This document shows positions 11,601 through 20,000 of a DNA stretch of 20,000 nucleotides, one piece after another (position 1 is the first letter of the stretch; the number at the start of each line of letters is the position of its first letter). Location: NCBI GenBank assembly GCA_900617105.1, contig UYFQ01000312.1, positions 60,332 through 80,331 on the forward strand, written 5' to 3'. Source of the DNA: Hydrurus foetidus (Eukaryota). The notes under the pieces are model-generated. The model did no database searches. It was not told where the DNA came from and worked only from the letters and a program-made list of their open reading frames with translations. A program made the translations under genes and the position numbers.

Positions 11601-13537
11601 ATATTGCGCGATTTGCCAGAGCCGGTCATCACATTCGCAACTTTCGAATCGATGATGAACATATTACGTCCAATTCGAGGTGAGTGGCTTCATACTGTAT
11701 TATTGACTTGATCACATTTTCTCACTTCGCCTCATCTTGTCCTTCCTATCTCTTCCTATACTCGTCTCGAATGTTTTTGTGTTCTATATAAAGTGTCTAT
11801 CGTATTTTGTATTGCACCAAGAACACTATCAGTCTAATATCCTTCCTCCCTCAATTGTAAACACCTCTCTTCTCTGTTAACTCATTTAAATATCCTTCTC
11901 ACGCATTTCACATCCCACATCCTCGAAAAGCCCCCACGATCCATTGTTCCATATTCCCACCTGCACAATTGTGTCCTTTTATCCACCTCCTAGCCATATC
12001 ACCATGACCATTTTTCACTAAAGGAGCTGTATGCTCCCTAAGTTCATGGAGAATCCACCATCATTGATCATCTATTCTAACTCGATCATATTATCTCCTT
12101 TTCATCTTTGTGCTCATCGCTGTTTTATAATTTTTATTTTTATTTTTTTTCCAGTCTAAGGAGATAGCGGAGGACCAGTGGGTGATCGAAGTGCTCTCCG
12201 CCCTGTCCCTCATGCCTCTGGAACACCGCGAAACGCTCTCGTCTCTCATAAGGTTCTTTTCCCTCCCAACCCTCCCTCTCCATTCTCACCTTCTCTTTGT
12301 CACCTTTCTTTCCTCGCCCCATCTCCCCCATGTTGATCTGGACCTACCACTTGCAAGGATGAATTCAGCAGAGCTATCATCTCTCAGAAAAAGATTGACG
12401 CTTGTAGATTATCTCTGACATGTAGAATTGTTCCGTTTTTCCACTATGTACAATTTATTTCATACCTCACTTATTTCGAATCACATCTATCCGGTACATT
12501 CCTTACTTACATTTATTTCGGCATTTTTTGCGTTTGCTTTCAGCTTCCTGGCAGAGGTAGCTGCGCTATCAGAATACAACAGCATGGATGTGAGCAATCT
12601 AGCATCCATCTTCTCCCCCACCGTCATGAGGCCTCCTATGGATTCTGAGTCACTACAGAACGCCTTCCAAGAATTGAGGAGGAGTAAGAACATTCTTAAA
12701 CTCCTGCTGACACAGGCGACCATTGCAAGTAATGCGGATAAATGTGGGTTTAAAGAAACGCCGGAGATAAAAAAAGAAACCAAGCCTGATCCGTCTCTAT
12801 CAGTAGCGAATGTGCACACAAACTCAATTCTACTGAGCGGGTCACCCAAAGACGACAAGCCACCCATCTCCGCATTTAAGCCCATCGGAAAGAGAACGTC
12901 ATCGCTATTTGCGCTGAACACGAATATGGCAGCAACGAATGTTTCGAAGGAATCTCCTTTTCCTAATGCAAAGGCGGGTACACCAGGCACACCACTGGCA
13001 CAGACACTCCCGTCAGACGCTTTCATCACGAATAGAAAGAGATTGAATAACCGCCCTATGTCGGTGTCGCTAGACTCCTCTATGCTCTCTTCTTTTCTCG
13101 GCTCCACTCCACCTGCCACAGGTAAACTCAGTCCGATAAGGGAACACGAAACAAACCCTGCCTTCTACCTGCCCTCTGATACACACAGCATGGACGGCAG
13201 TCTAAGCAGCAATCACGATGGCAAAGACCGGTCTACCATAGATAAGTGTCGCAACTCCATGGGCTCTGCTGGCATGAAGAGTCTACCTGTGAAGAAAATC
13301 ATCACACGTGCCCGACCCATGTCAACCAGTGCAGCCACGTCCACATCACTGAGTTACTTCCTCAAGATGTTCATGAGTCCTCGAGAGACTGTTGACGGTA
13401 ACGCACCTCCCATTGTCGCCGCCACTAACCCTATGCCTAGTGTCACAGGAAGTAGACCACCCCTCGCACCGCGCCAACCGTCCGTACCCCCCCGCAGGGC
13501 GGCACCGGTAATATCGGCCAAATTGAGCCGGCCCTGA
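8663..13537 (+). CDS. BCH/CRAL-TRIO (Sec14-like) + RhoGAP domain protein, ARHGAP1/p50RhoGAP-like architecture, 8 exons; local frame discordances near 11560-11680
   Basis: Exons with GT-AG ends: 8663-8852, 9099-9665, 10184-10291, 10514-10579, 10789-11091, 11299-11679, 12155-12252, 12544-13537. BCH motifs: GTDEHDIPLIV, PFSIVYAH, LPRKHKKNLESMFIIHP, FLSKKFYEKLTYV. RhoGAP motifs: CVNYLRHFGLESTGLFRVSG (arginine finger), DIDTVAQILK/EILRDLPEPVITF, MPLEHRETL, FLAEVAALSEYNSMDVSNLASIFSPTVMRP. Pro/Ser-rich tail. Confidence 0.85.
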
Positions 13538-14583
13538 GGCGCAGCCCCCTCTTCGATCCTCACCTCGACATGCTGAGTCAATATAGAAGGGAACGAACAT
13601 CTGACGAATTGTCAAGTTGATGTACTTCTGGTTTTCAAGGACGTACTACAACATTAATTTGTGAATTGTTTTTCCTTTTGGACTCGTTTGAAGTGGTGTA
13701 GATGGAGTGGGGGCGCCATGACGGCTTGTGTTATGCAGGGGATAGCACACTGCCGAGACATAGTACGGTAGAAATTGTGGGTGTTGCGAGTAGGGGTAGG
13801 AATGGGGCTGAAAATAGCGTGTAACTCTGACCACACTGACGTAGGAAAAAGAAAAGATGGGGTAATGTGAGAAAGTTTTTTAGCCTTTTCAAAGATTCAT
13901 TTCATAGTTATCATTTACGGTATTTTTTTACGGTATTTCGGTAGAGAATTCTGTACCCTCCTTGTCACAATTGCCTATATTGAAAGAAAGGATAGTAAAT
14001 ACAATCCACCTTAGTAGTCTTAAAGACAGTAAGATATAGTTGAAAATAATTTAAACGATAATAAAAAGATAATTCATTTTGTAGTAGATCAGTCAACACA
14101 CTTATTTACATAATTTGTTTGTGCATTATATGAAGATTTATGGGATGATGATAATTTACAATAAATTTACGCTTTTGTTTAACGTTGACCAGATGTGCAC
14201 AGTTATAGTTCCATTTTGGTGATTTAACGTTTATTTGTTCTTCCGTAAACCTTACTCAAAACTTTTGGCGACTTTTTGCCAGACGGCATCATCAACAATT
14301 TCCCAAAAAAAGAAGGAAAAAGAGTCCTAGAGATTTTTGCCCTTACAGGCGTTACACCACTGGACCGTGGCTGATAGATGCTGTGCTGCTACAAGAAAAC
14401 TGCTGTTCATTCAACATCGGGTCAAGTTTTATAGTCTGGAAGAAATAGTCACTTATTGAACGTACCACACCCAGACTGGACAGTACAGTATTAAGTATTT
14501 TATGAATATGAATGAGTACAGTACAGTACGTACCCAGTTTGTAAGTGCAGTAGATAACGCACAGTACGTTGTAGAGAAGACTG

Positions 14584-14923
14584 TGTTGGAGATATCCGAG
14601 TTTATGGCACGAACACAATCAGTGTACTTATGCATTCGTACGGTCGTACGGATTATTATGTGTGTGTGTGTGTGTGTGCGTACGTGCGTGGCGACGATGG
14701 ATGGATCCGTGCATCGCCACTGAATACTTCAACTGTAGTGTTTGACTGAATGTTGTTGTTGCGTTGAAAGGGACTCGGGGACTTCAGCAGGGATGAAGCA
14801 CAGTCAATTAACAAGTGATTACTGATTAAACCCAAGCTTATTTCACGAGCCCTGACCGAGAGATCTTCAACAGCTGTACCGCGAGAGGCAGTACGTGACT
14901 GCGAAACCGAAGATCCGTCAACA
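14584..14923 (+). repeat. 5' LTR (TG...CA); 3' end either 14872 or 14923
   Basis: Matches 19865-20000; two candidate CAACA ends (14872 and 14923); contains a (TG)10 microsatellite; predicted 5-bp TSD GACTG (14579-14583). Confidence 0.85.
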
Positions 14924-14933
14924 TAATTGACTG
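14924..14933 (+). promoter_or_regulatory. Putative self-complementary primer-binding site
   Basis: TAATTGACTG directly follows ...CAACA (14923) and is the exact reverse complement of CAGTCAATTA at 14801-14810. Confidence 0.6.
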
Positions 14934-14948
14934 GCATAGGCATTCCCA

Positions 14949-15992
14949 ATGCCCCCTAAACGCGCTGTAGAAGCTCTCAAGAGTACAGAAGAGTGTACGC
15001 TTCAATACGGCAAACACAGCAACATAATCAAGTGGAGAGAACACATGCAGACGATAGTCACCGAACTATACGGAATCGTGGGGATGTTCTTCACCACTAA
15101 CGAGAGATACGAACTTCCGAAAGCATCTCACAGGGATTACCCTTCAGATTCGTCATCGGAAAGTTCGGAATACGATACCGAAGAAGAGGAATCGGACGAG
15201 ACAGACGCTGCAGTTCCTGCGAGGAGTGCAGCTGAAGTCGCAGCTAAAGCTGCGAGGGCCGCAGTGCGGCTGGCGAGCAGAGAAAGGAAACGCAAAGCAT
15301 CGGAGAAATCGCGTGCGAAATTCAAAGAGGATGCGTTCATCCAGAGGAAGCGAGACCTCAAGACCCAACGCGAGAACGAACGTACGGTCTTCCCCATGAT
15401 GTGGAAGCGTATGTCGCTTGTGTCACAGAGTAGGGTTAGGGAGGAAGAGGAGTACAAGACAGCATATCTCACATTGGACTGCGTTCTCCTGTGGACACTC
15501 ATTCGAAGGACCCACCTGACTCATATGTTTGGTGCAGACGAGGCACTACAAGAATACAATCAGCACGAACAAGAGAATAAGTATTCGTCCATGAGACAAG
15601 GTGAGAGAGAACACCTAGTCACATTCAAGAACCGATTTGATGAACAGGTGGAGGCGAACATGTCCGTGGGGATCGCAGCGGTGTCCGACTCCAAACGTGC
15701 ACTCGACTTCCTCGGCAAGCTAGACCCCCGGAGGTTCAAAGTCATGATGGATGATATGAAGCATGACGCACTAAGGCGCAAACCGGATGCATTCCCCAGC
15801 ACGCTAGCCTTAGCATTCCACATATCCAACCAATGGAACGAGGGAAACACTCCCGCACACACACCCGCGCCAGCACCGGCAGGGGAACGCAGCGTACGTT
15901 ACCGAAGAAGTACACGTCACCGTGGCCAAGGATACCGAGAAGAAAGCAGGGAAAGCCGGAGGGGGAAGCAAGAAATCCTTGGAGGATGTTGA
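14949..15992 (+). CDS. gag: Gag N-terminal part of the copia polyprotein (true frame probably shifts +1 at ~15885)
   Basis: ATG shortly after the LTR; gag-like motifs MRQGEREHLVTFKNRFDE and FLGKLDPRRF...FPSTLALA. Confidence 0.85.
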   Translation: MPPKRAVEALKSTEECTLQYGKHSNIIKWREHMQTIVTELYGIVGMFFTTNERYELPKASHRDYPSDSSSESSEYDTEEEESDETDAAVPARSAAEVAAKAARAAVRLASRERKRKASEKSRAKFKEDAFIQRKRDLKTQRENERTVFPMMWKRMSLVSQSRVREEEEYKTAYLTLDCVLLWTLIRRTHLTHMFGADEALQEYNQHEQENKYSSMRQGEREHLVTFKNRFDEQVEANMSVGIAAVSDSKRALDFLGKLDPRRFKVMMDDMKHDALRRKPDAFPSTLALAFHISNQWNEGNTPAHTPAPAPAGERSVRYRRSTRHRGQGYREESRESRRGKQEILGGC

Positions 15993-18900
15993 ATGCTTCA
16001 AGTGCGAGAAGAAAGGTCACTACGCGAGGAACTGCCCTCTGAGAAAACCGTCAGTGGAAAAAGTCCACGTCACGGCGACGGAGTCGGATAGTGAATACGA
16101 AGGAGAGACTAGCGAATGGGGTATAGCGCTTGTCGCTACAGAAGAGATGTGCTGCTTTACGAAATTCGATGTACTACTAGACAATGAGGCGTCACTGAAC
16201 ATATTCAGTAACCTGGAGCTACTAACCGACGTGAGAAAGTCAGACAAGACTGTGAGAGTGAGTGGCATCGAGCAGGGTAGCGGCGTGTCGGTTGATCGAG
16301 AGGGAAACTTCGGAGAATTCGGAACGGTCTATTACAGCGGAGCAGCATCGGCGAATATCCTGTCGTTCGCATCACAGGTGGACTCGGGAGCCGAGATCAG
16401 ATACGATCACGTGAGCGATTGCTTCACCCTGCAGCCGAAGGGGAGCACGAGGACATATCGATTCGGGAGGAAGCGTGTCGTCGGTAGTGAGGGAAGATTT
16501 TACTCCTGTGATTGGAGAGAGGTTGATCACGATCGGGCATTAGTCACAACTGTAACCAAGAACCTGAAGTCGTTCACGAAACGCGAAGTGGAGCAGGCGA
16601 GAAGAGCTAGGGAGATGCTGGCGAGAATGGGATTCCCGACTGTAGAGCAAGCCATGTCGATCATCAACTGCGGGAGCAATTTCGATGTGACAGCAAGGGA
16701 CTTTCAGATCGCCGACGCGATATGGGGGAAGGACATAGCCTCCCTGAAAGGAAAGACTACCAAGAGAGCTACTGCTATCGCCGACATAGCCATCAGCACA
16801 AAACTCGTACAAAGGGATCAGGTGTTGTCGATCGACATTATGTATTTAGATAAATTAGCTATTCTAATCGGGGTGGCTACTCCACTGGGACTAACTATTG
16901 CATATAGTCTAAACGCAGCTGATCTGAAGAAGCCAGCTAGGACAGCTGGGCAGGTGAAGATTGGAATCAACCATTTCATCGGCGTTCTCGCGGCGCAGAA
17001 TTTCAGGACATCCGTGATCATGAGCGACGGAGAGGGAGCAGTGATCAGCCTTGTCGACGAGCTTGGGAAACTTGGAGTGGAGGTGGACATCAGCGGAGCC
17101 GGTGGACACGTCGCTAGGATCGAAAGAAAGATCAGGATTGTTAAAGAGAGAGTTCGCTGTCATGTAGCGTACCACCTTCCGTTCGTGTTGTCGACCGTGG
17201 GTATCGCGATGCTCGTACTGTACTGTATATCTAGGCTGAACTATGAACCCACCGGTTTACGGGAACAGGGCCCCAGTCCGCGAGAGGCATTTATAGGCAG
17301 GAAACCAGACGGTAAGAGGGATTTTCGCTGTTCTTTCGGGGACTATGCACAGTGTACTGTCACTAATACCGACTCAGGCATGGAGAGCAGAACAGAAGAC
17401 TGTGTGGTGATGCTCCCACTAGGGAACCGCACCGGGTCGGTGCGAATGTTATCTCTCAAAACAGGCAGACTAGTCAACCGAGATCAGTTCCGCATACTGC
17501 CGATGCCGGAGTCAGTGATTAAGCGCCTTAACGAACTTGCGCTCGCTGATGGGAGAGCGAAAGGCAAGGGAGAGATATACGCTAAACCAACGTCATACGA
17601 GCAAGACAGCGGTGCAAAATCCGATCTCCCCGACACGATCAACAGCACTGTGAATGAAGGAGTCGACCCAGCGATACTTCCTCTCGACATCCATGACGAC
17701 ACCGACCACATTGACACGACAGGTGAGGTACAGTACGACAATGGGGGTGAACATGGACCGGGATGGCAACATGATGATGCAGCGGTGGACGATGTAGAAC
17801 TGCATGGGGATATCGTTGAGTACCCACAGCCAGAACCACAGGAGCAGCCATACGGCTCCGACTACGAGATGGATAGTTTAGTCGACGACATGAATCGCAT
17901 GCGTGCTGGACCGAGAGACTATGATGAAAAGGCTACTGAGAATATCGACTCGAGCGGAGTACCCATTGACTACACAGCGGGCGACAGCATAGACCATGAC
18001 CACAGAGGCCCCAAGAATGCACTAGACCGTGCGGAGAGATTGCTAGCAGCACCGAGAATTGTGCTTGAACGGGGAGTAGATAGACACGAGCTGATGGACT
18101 TCTTCAGAGTGAAGAGTGGGACAGCACTGCTAACCCGCAGCTACGAAGGGGACGGTACGGAGTGGGGTGATTACGTGTTCAACATATCAGTCAACGAGGC
18201 GCTGCGCACAAGGGGTGACGCGGCGGTGAGCGTTATACAGAAAGAGCTCCAGCAAATGATAGACAAGAAGGTGTGGGAACCAGTGTGCGTGAAGGGATTG
18301 TCGATGGAAGAGAAACATAGGATCATCAGGTCGAGTATGTTCCTGAAAGAGAAGTTCCTAGCGAGCGGAGATTTTGAGAAACTAAAAGCGCGACTTGTCG
18401 CAGGAGGTAACCAACAAGATCGTGACCTATATGATGACTTATCTGCACCCACAGTGGCCACCAGCTCGGTGTTCACGCTGCTGAGCATAGCAGGACATGA
18501 GACGCGGAGGATCACGGTGATCGATATCAGCGGAGCGTTTTTGAACGCGGACATGACAACCGGACTCGCGGTGCACATGCGATTGGATAGGAATATGACG
18601 AGCATTATGACACGGCTGTCTCCGCGGTACTCGCAGTTCGTGGACCATAAGGGGTGTGTCGTGGTGAGGCTTGACAAAGCCCTGTATGGGTGTGTGGAGT
18701 CGGCAGCCCTGTGGTACGAAAACCTGAGAGGAGGACTGTCGGACATGGGATATATACCAAACGCGCACGACATGTGTGTCTTCAACAAGAGCGACGAATA
18801 TGGCGTGCAGTGTACCATTGCTGTGCACGTCGATGACCTCATGATCACGAGTGTCAATGGGGCGATGATTGAAGAGGTGGCGAACGGATTGATAAAGAGG

Positions 18901-19797
18901 TATGGCGATATCACCAGGAAGGATGGCCCTGTAGTGAACTATCTAGGTATGGTATTCGACCTTTCAATCGTAGGTGTTGCCAGAGTGTCGATGACCGGGT
19001 ATGTCGAGGACATGCTGAAGGAGAGCGGGACAATAGGGGGTGCAAGGACACCGGCCACAGAGGGGCTATTCGACACGAGGGATGATGCCGAACCAACAAG
19101 CGAAGAGGACCGAGTCAGGTTCCACCGCCTGGTGGCCAAGGGTCTGTACCTCGGGAAGCGTGCGAGGCCCGACTGTATGACCGCTTTGGCATTTCTCGCG
19201 ACCCGAGTGACGAGATGCACAGCGGACGACCTGTTGAAGCTGGAGCGGCTGCTCAAGTACATCAATGCGACGAAGGACAGAGGGATAGTATTCGCACCGG
19301 GGAAGCAGGGGATCAGTGTTAGCGTGCTGATAGATGCAGCGTACGGAGTACATCCGGACGGCAAGTCCCATACCGGAAGCTGTGTGGTGGTAGGAGAGCT
19401 GGGCGCGGTGCACTCGAAGTCAGCGAAGCAGCAAATTGTGACCAAGTCGAGCACGGAGGCGGAGCTGGTTGCCCTTTCTGATTCAACTAACCAAGCATTA
19501 CACATGAGACAATTTATCATAGGGCAAGGACATGCGTGCGGGCCGGTGACGGTGTACCAAGACAACATGTCTTGCATGGCTCTGATCGAGAGAGGGCGGT
19601 CAGCGGCGGAGCGCACGCGGCACATAGCGATCAAGTACTTCTGGCTCAAGGAGCGGGTGGACCAAGGCGAGGCGAGAGTGCGGCACCTGGGGACTAAACA
19701 CATGTATGCGAACCTACTGACCAAGCCGCTGCAGGGAGCACAGTTCAAGTCAGAGAGACAGGCCCTTACCGGATGGGACAAAGAGATAGTAGTTTAG
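15922..19797 (+). CDS. pol: Copia polyprotein: CCHC zinc knuckle, aspartic protease, integrase, reverse transcriptase, RNase H
   Basis: CFKCEKKGHYARNC; VLLDNEAS; IN SIDIMY..MSDGE..HVARIERK; RT KARLVAGG, IDISGAFLNA, KALYGCVESAALWY, VHVDDL; RNase H IDAAY, SSTEAE, YQDNMS, RHIAIKYF, ANLLTKPL. This frame is also open from at least 15883. Confidence 0.97.
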   Translation: MAKDTEKKAGKAGGGSKKSLEDVECFKCEKKGHYARNCPLRKPSVEKVHVTATESDSEYEGETSEWGIALVATEEMCCFTKFDVLLDNEASLNIFSNLELLTDVRKSDKTVRVSGIEQGSGVSVDREGNFGEFGTVYYSGAASANILSFASQVDSGAEIRYDHVSDCFTLQPKGSTRTYRFGRKRVVGSEGRFYSCDWREVDHDRALVTTVTKNLKSFTKREVEQARRAREMLARMGFPTVEQAMSIINCGSNFDVTARDFQIADAIWGKDIASLKGKTTKRATAIADIAISTKLVQRDQVLSIDIMYLDKLAILIGVATPLGLTIAYSLNAADLKKPARTAGQVKIGINHFIGVLAAQNFRTSVIMSDGEGAVISLVDELGKLGVEVDISGAGGHVARIERKIRIVKERVRCHVAYHLPFVLSTVGIAMLVLYCISRLNYEPTGLREQGPSPREAFIGRKPDGKRDFRCSFGDYAQCTVTNTDSGMESRTEDCVVMLPLGNRTGSVRMLSLKTGRLVNRDQFRILPMPESVIKRLNELALADGRAKGKGEIYAKPTSYEQDSGAKSDLPDTINSTVNEGVDPAILPLDIHDDTDHIDTTGEVQYDNGGEHGPGWQHDDAAVDDVELHGDIVEYPQPEPQEQPYGSDYEMDSLVDDMNRMRAGPRDYDEKATENIDSSGVPIDYTAGDSIDHDHRGPKNALDRAERLLAAPRIVLERGVDRHELMDFFRVKSGTALLTRSYEGDGTEWGDYVFNISVNEALRTRGDAAVSVIQKELQQMIDKKVWEPVCVKGLSMEEKHRIIRSSMFLKEKFLASGDFEKLKARLVAGGNQQDRDLYDDLSAPTVATSSVFTLLSIAGHETRRITVIDISGAFLNADMTTGLAVHMRLDRNMTSIMTRLSPRYSQFVDHKGCVVVRLDKALYGCVESAALWYENLRGGLSDMGYIPNAHDMCVFNKSDEYGVQCTIAVHVDDLMITSVNGAMIEEVANGLIKRYGDITRKDGPVVNYLGMVFDLSIVGVARVSMTGYVEDMLKESGTIGGARTPATEGLFDTRDDAEPTSEEDRVRFHRLVAKGLYLGKRARPDCMTALAFLATRVTRCTADDLLKLERLLKYINATKDRGIVFAPGKQGISVSVLIDAAYGVHPDGKSHTGSCVVVGELGAVHSKSAKQQIVTKSSTEAELVALSDSTNQALHMRQFIIGQGHACGPVTVYQDNMSCMALIERGRSAAERTRHIAIKYFWLKERVDQGEARVRHLGTKHMYANLLTKPLQGAQFKSERQALTGWDKEIVV

Positions 19798-19855
19798 ACA
19801 ACGTTTAATTAAAGACTTATGCATGATGCGTGAATAGAGTTGATTGTGATGTGGC

Positions 19856-19864
19856 ATAGGGGTG
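19856..19864 (+). promoter_or_regulatory. Polypurine tract (plus-strand primer)
   Basis: ATAGGGGTG immediately before TGTTGG of the 3' LTR. Confidence 0.7.
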
Positions 19865-20000
19865 TGTTGGAGATATCTGAGTTTATGGCACGAACACAAT
19901 CAGTGTACTTATGCGTACGGTCGTACGGATTATGTGTGTGTGTGTGTGTGCGTGCGTGCGTGGCGACGATGGATGGATCCGTGCATCGCCACTGAATACT
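19865..20000 (+). repeat. 3' LTR (partial)
   Basis: Near-identical to 14584-14728 with 2 substitutions and small indels. Confidence 0.95.

Larger units (their letters stand above)
14584..20000 (+). mobile_element. Ty1/copia LTR retrotransposon (resembles the diatom CoDi-type lineage), near full length, 3' LTR cut by the window edge
   Basis: Direct repeats starting TGTTGGAGATATC at 14584 and 19865; domain order gag-zinc knuckle-PR-IN-RT-RNaseH (copia order); polypurine tract before the 3' LTR. Confidence 0.97.

Noticed and set aside
14932..14948. TGGCATAGGCATTCCCA as a canonical tRNA primer-binding site (TGGCATAGG also recurs at 19852-19860)
   Set aside because: Starts 8 nt from the nearest LTR end rather than 0-3 nt and matches no tRNA 3' end I recognise; should still be checked against the host tRNA set
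18171..19781. Long antisense ORFs (247 aa, 280 aa) within pol
   Set aside because: Typical reverse-frame shadows of a GC-rich coding sequence, with no independent motifs

Overview
Eukaryotic, intron-containing genomic DNA; the retroelement lineage and intron style suggest a stramenopile/ochrophyte-like protist (inference). Left to right: (1) a minus-strand 5-exon gene (ATG 5639) for a TAF1B/Rrn7-like RNA polymerase I initiation factor, expanded to ~1400 aa by Asn-rich inserts and a long charged C-terminal extension; (2) a 1.34-kb non-autonomous PIF/Harbinger-like DNA element (5882-7225, TGA target duplication, layered inverted repeats) carrying an ORF fragment, followed by another repeat-rich segment; (3) a plus-strand 8-exon BCH(CRAL-TRIO)+RhoGAP gene (8663-13537) with a split GAP domain and local frame discordances; (4) a near-complete Ty1/copia LTR retrotransposon (14584 to beyond 20000). 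The most interesting signal is that this copia element has no recognisable tRNA primer-binding site. Instead, the 10 nt immediately after the putative LTR end (TAATTGACTG) are the exact reverse complement of CAGTCAATTA inside the LTR, the signature of Tf1-type tRNA-independent self-priming, which I know only from Ty3/gypsy elements.
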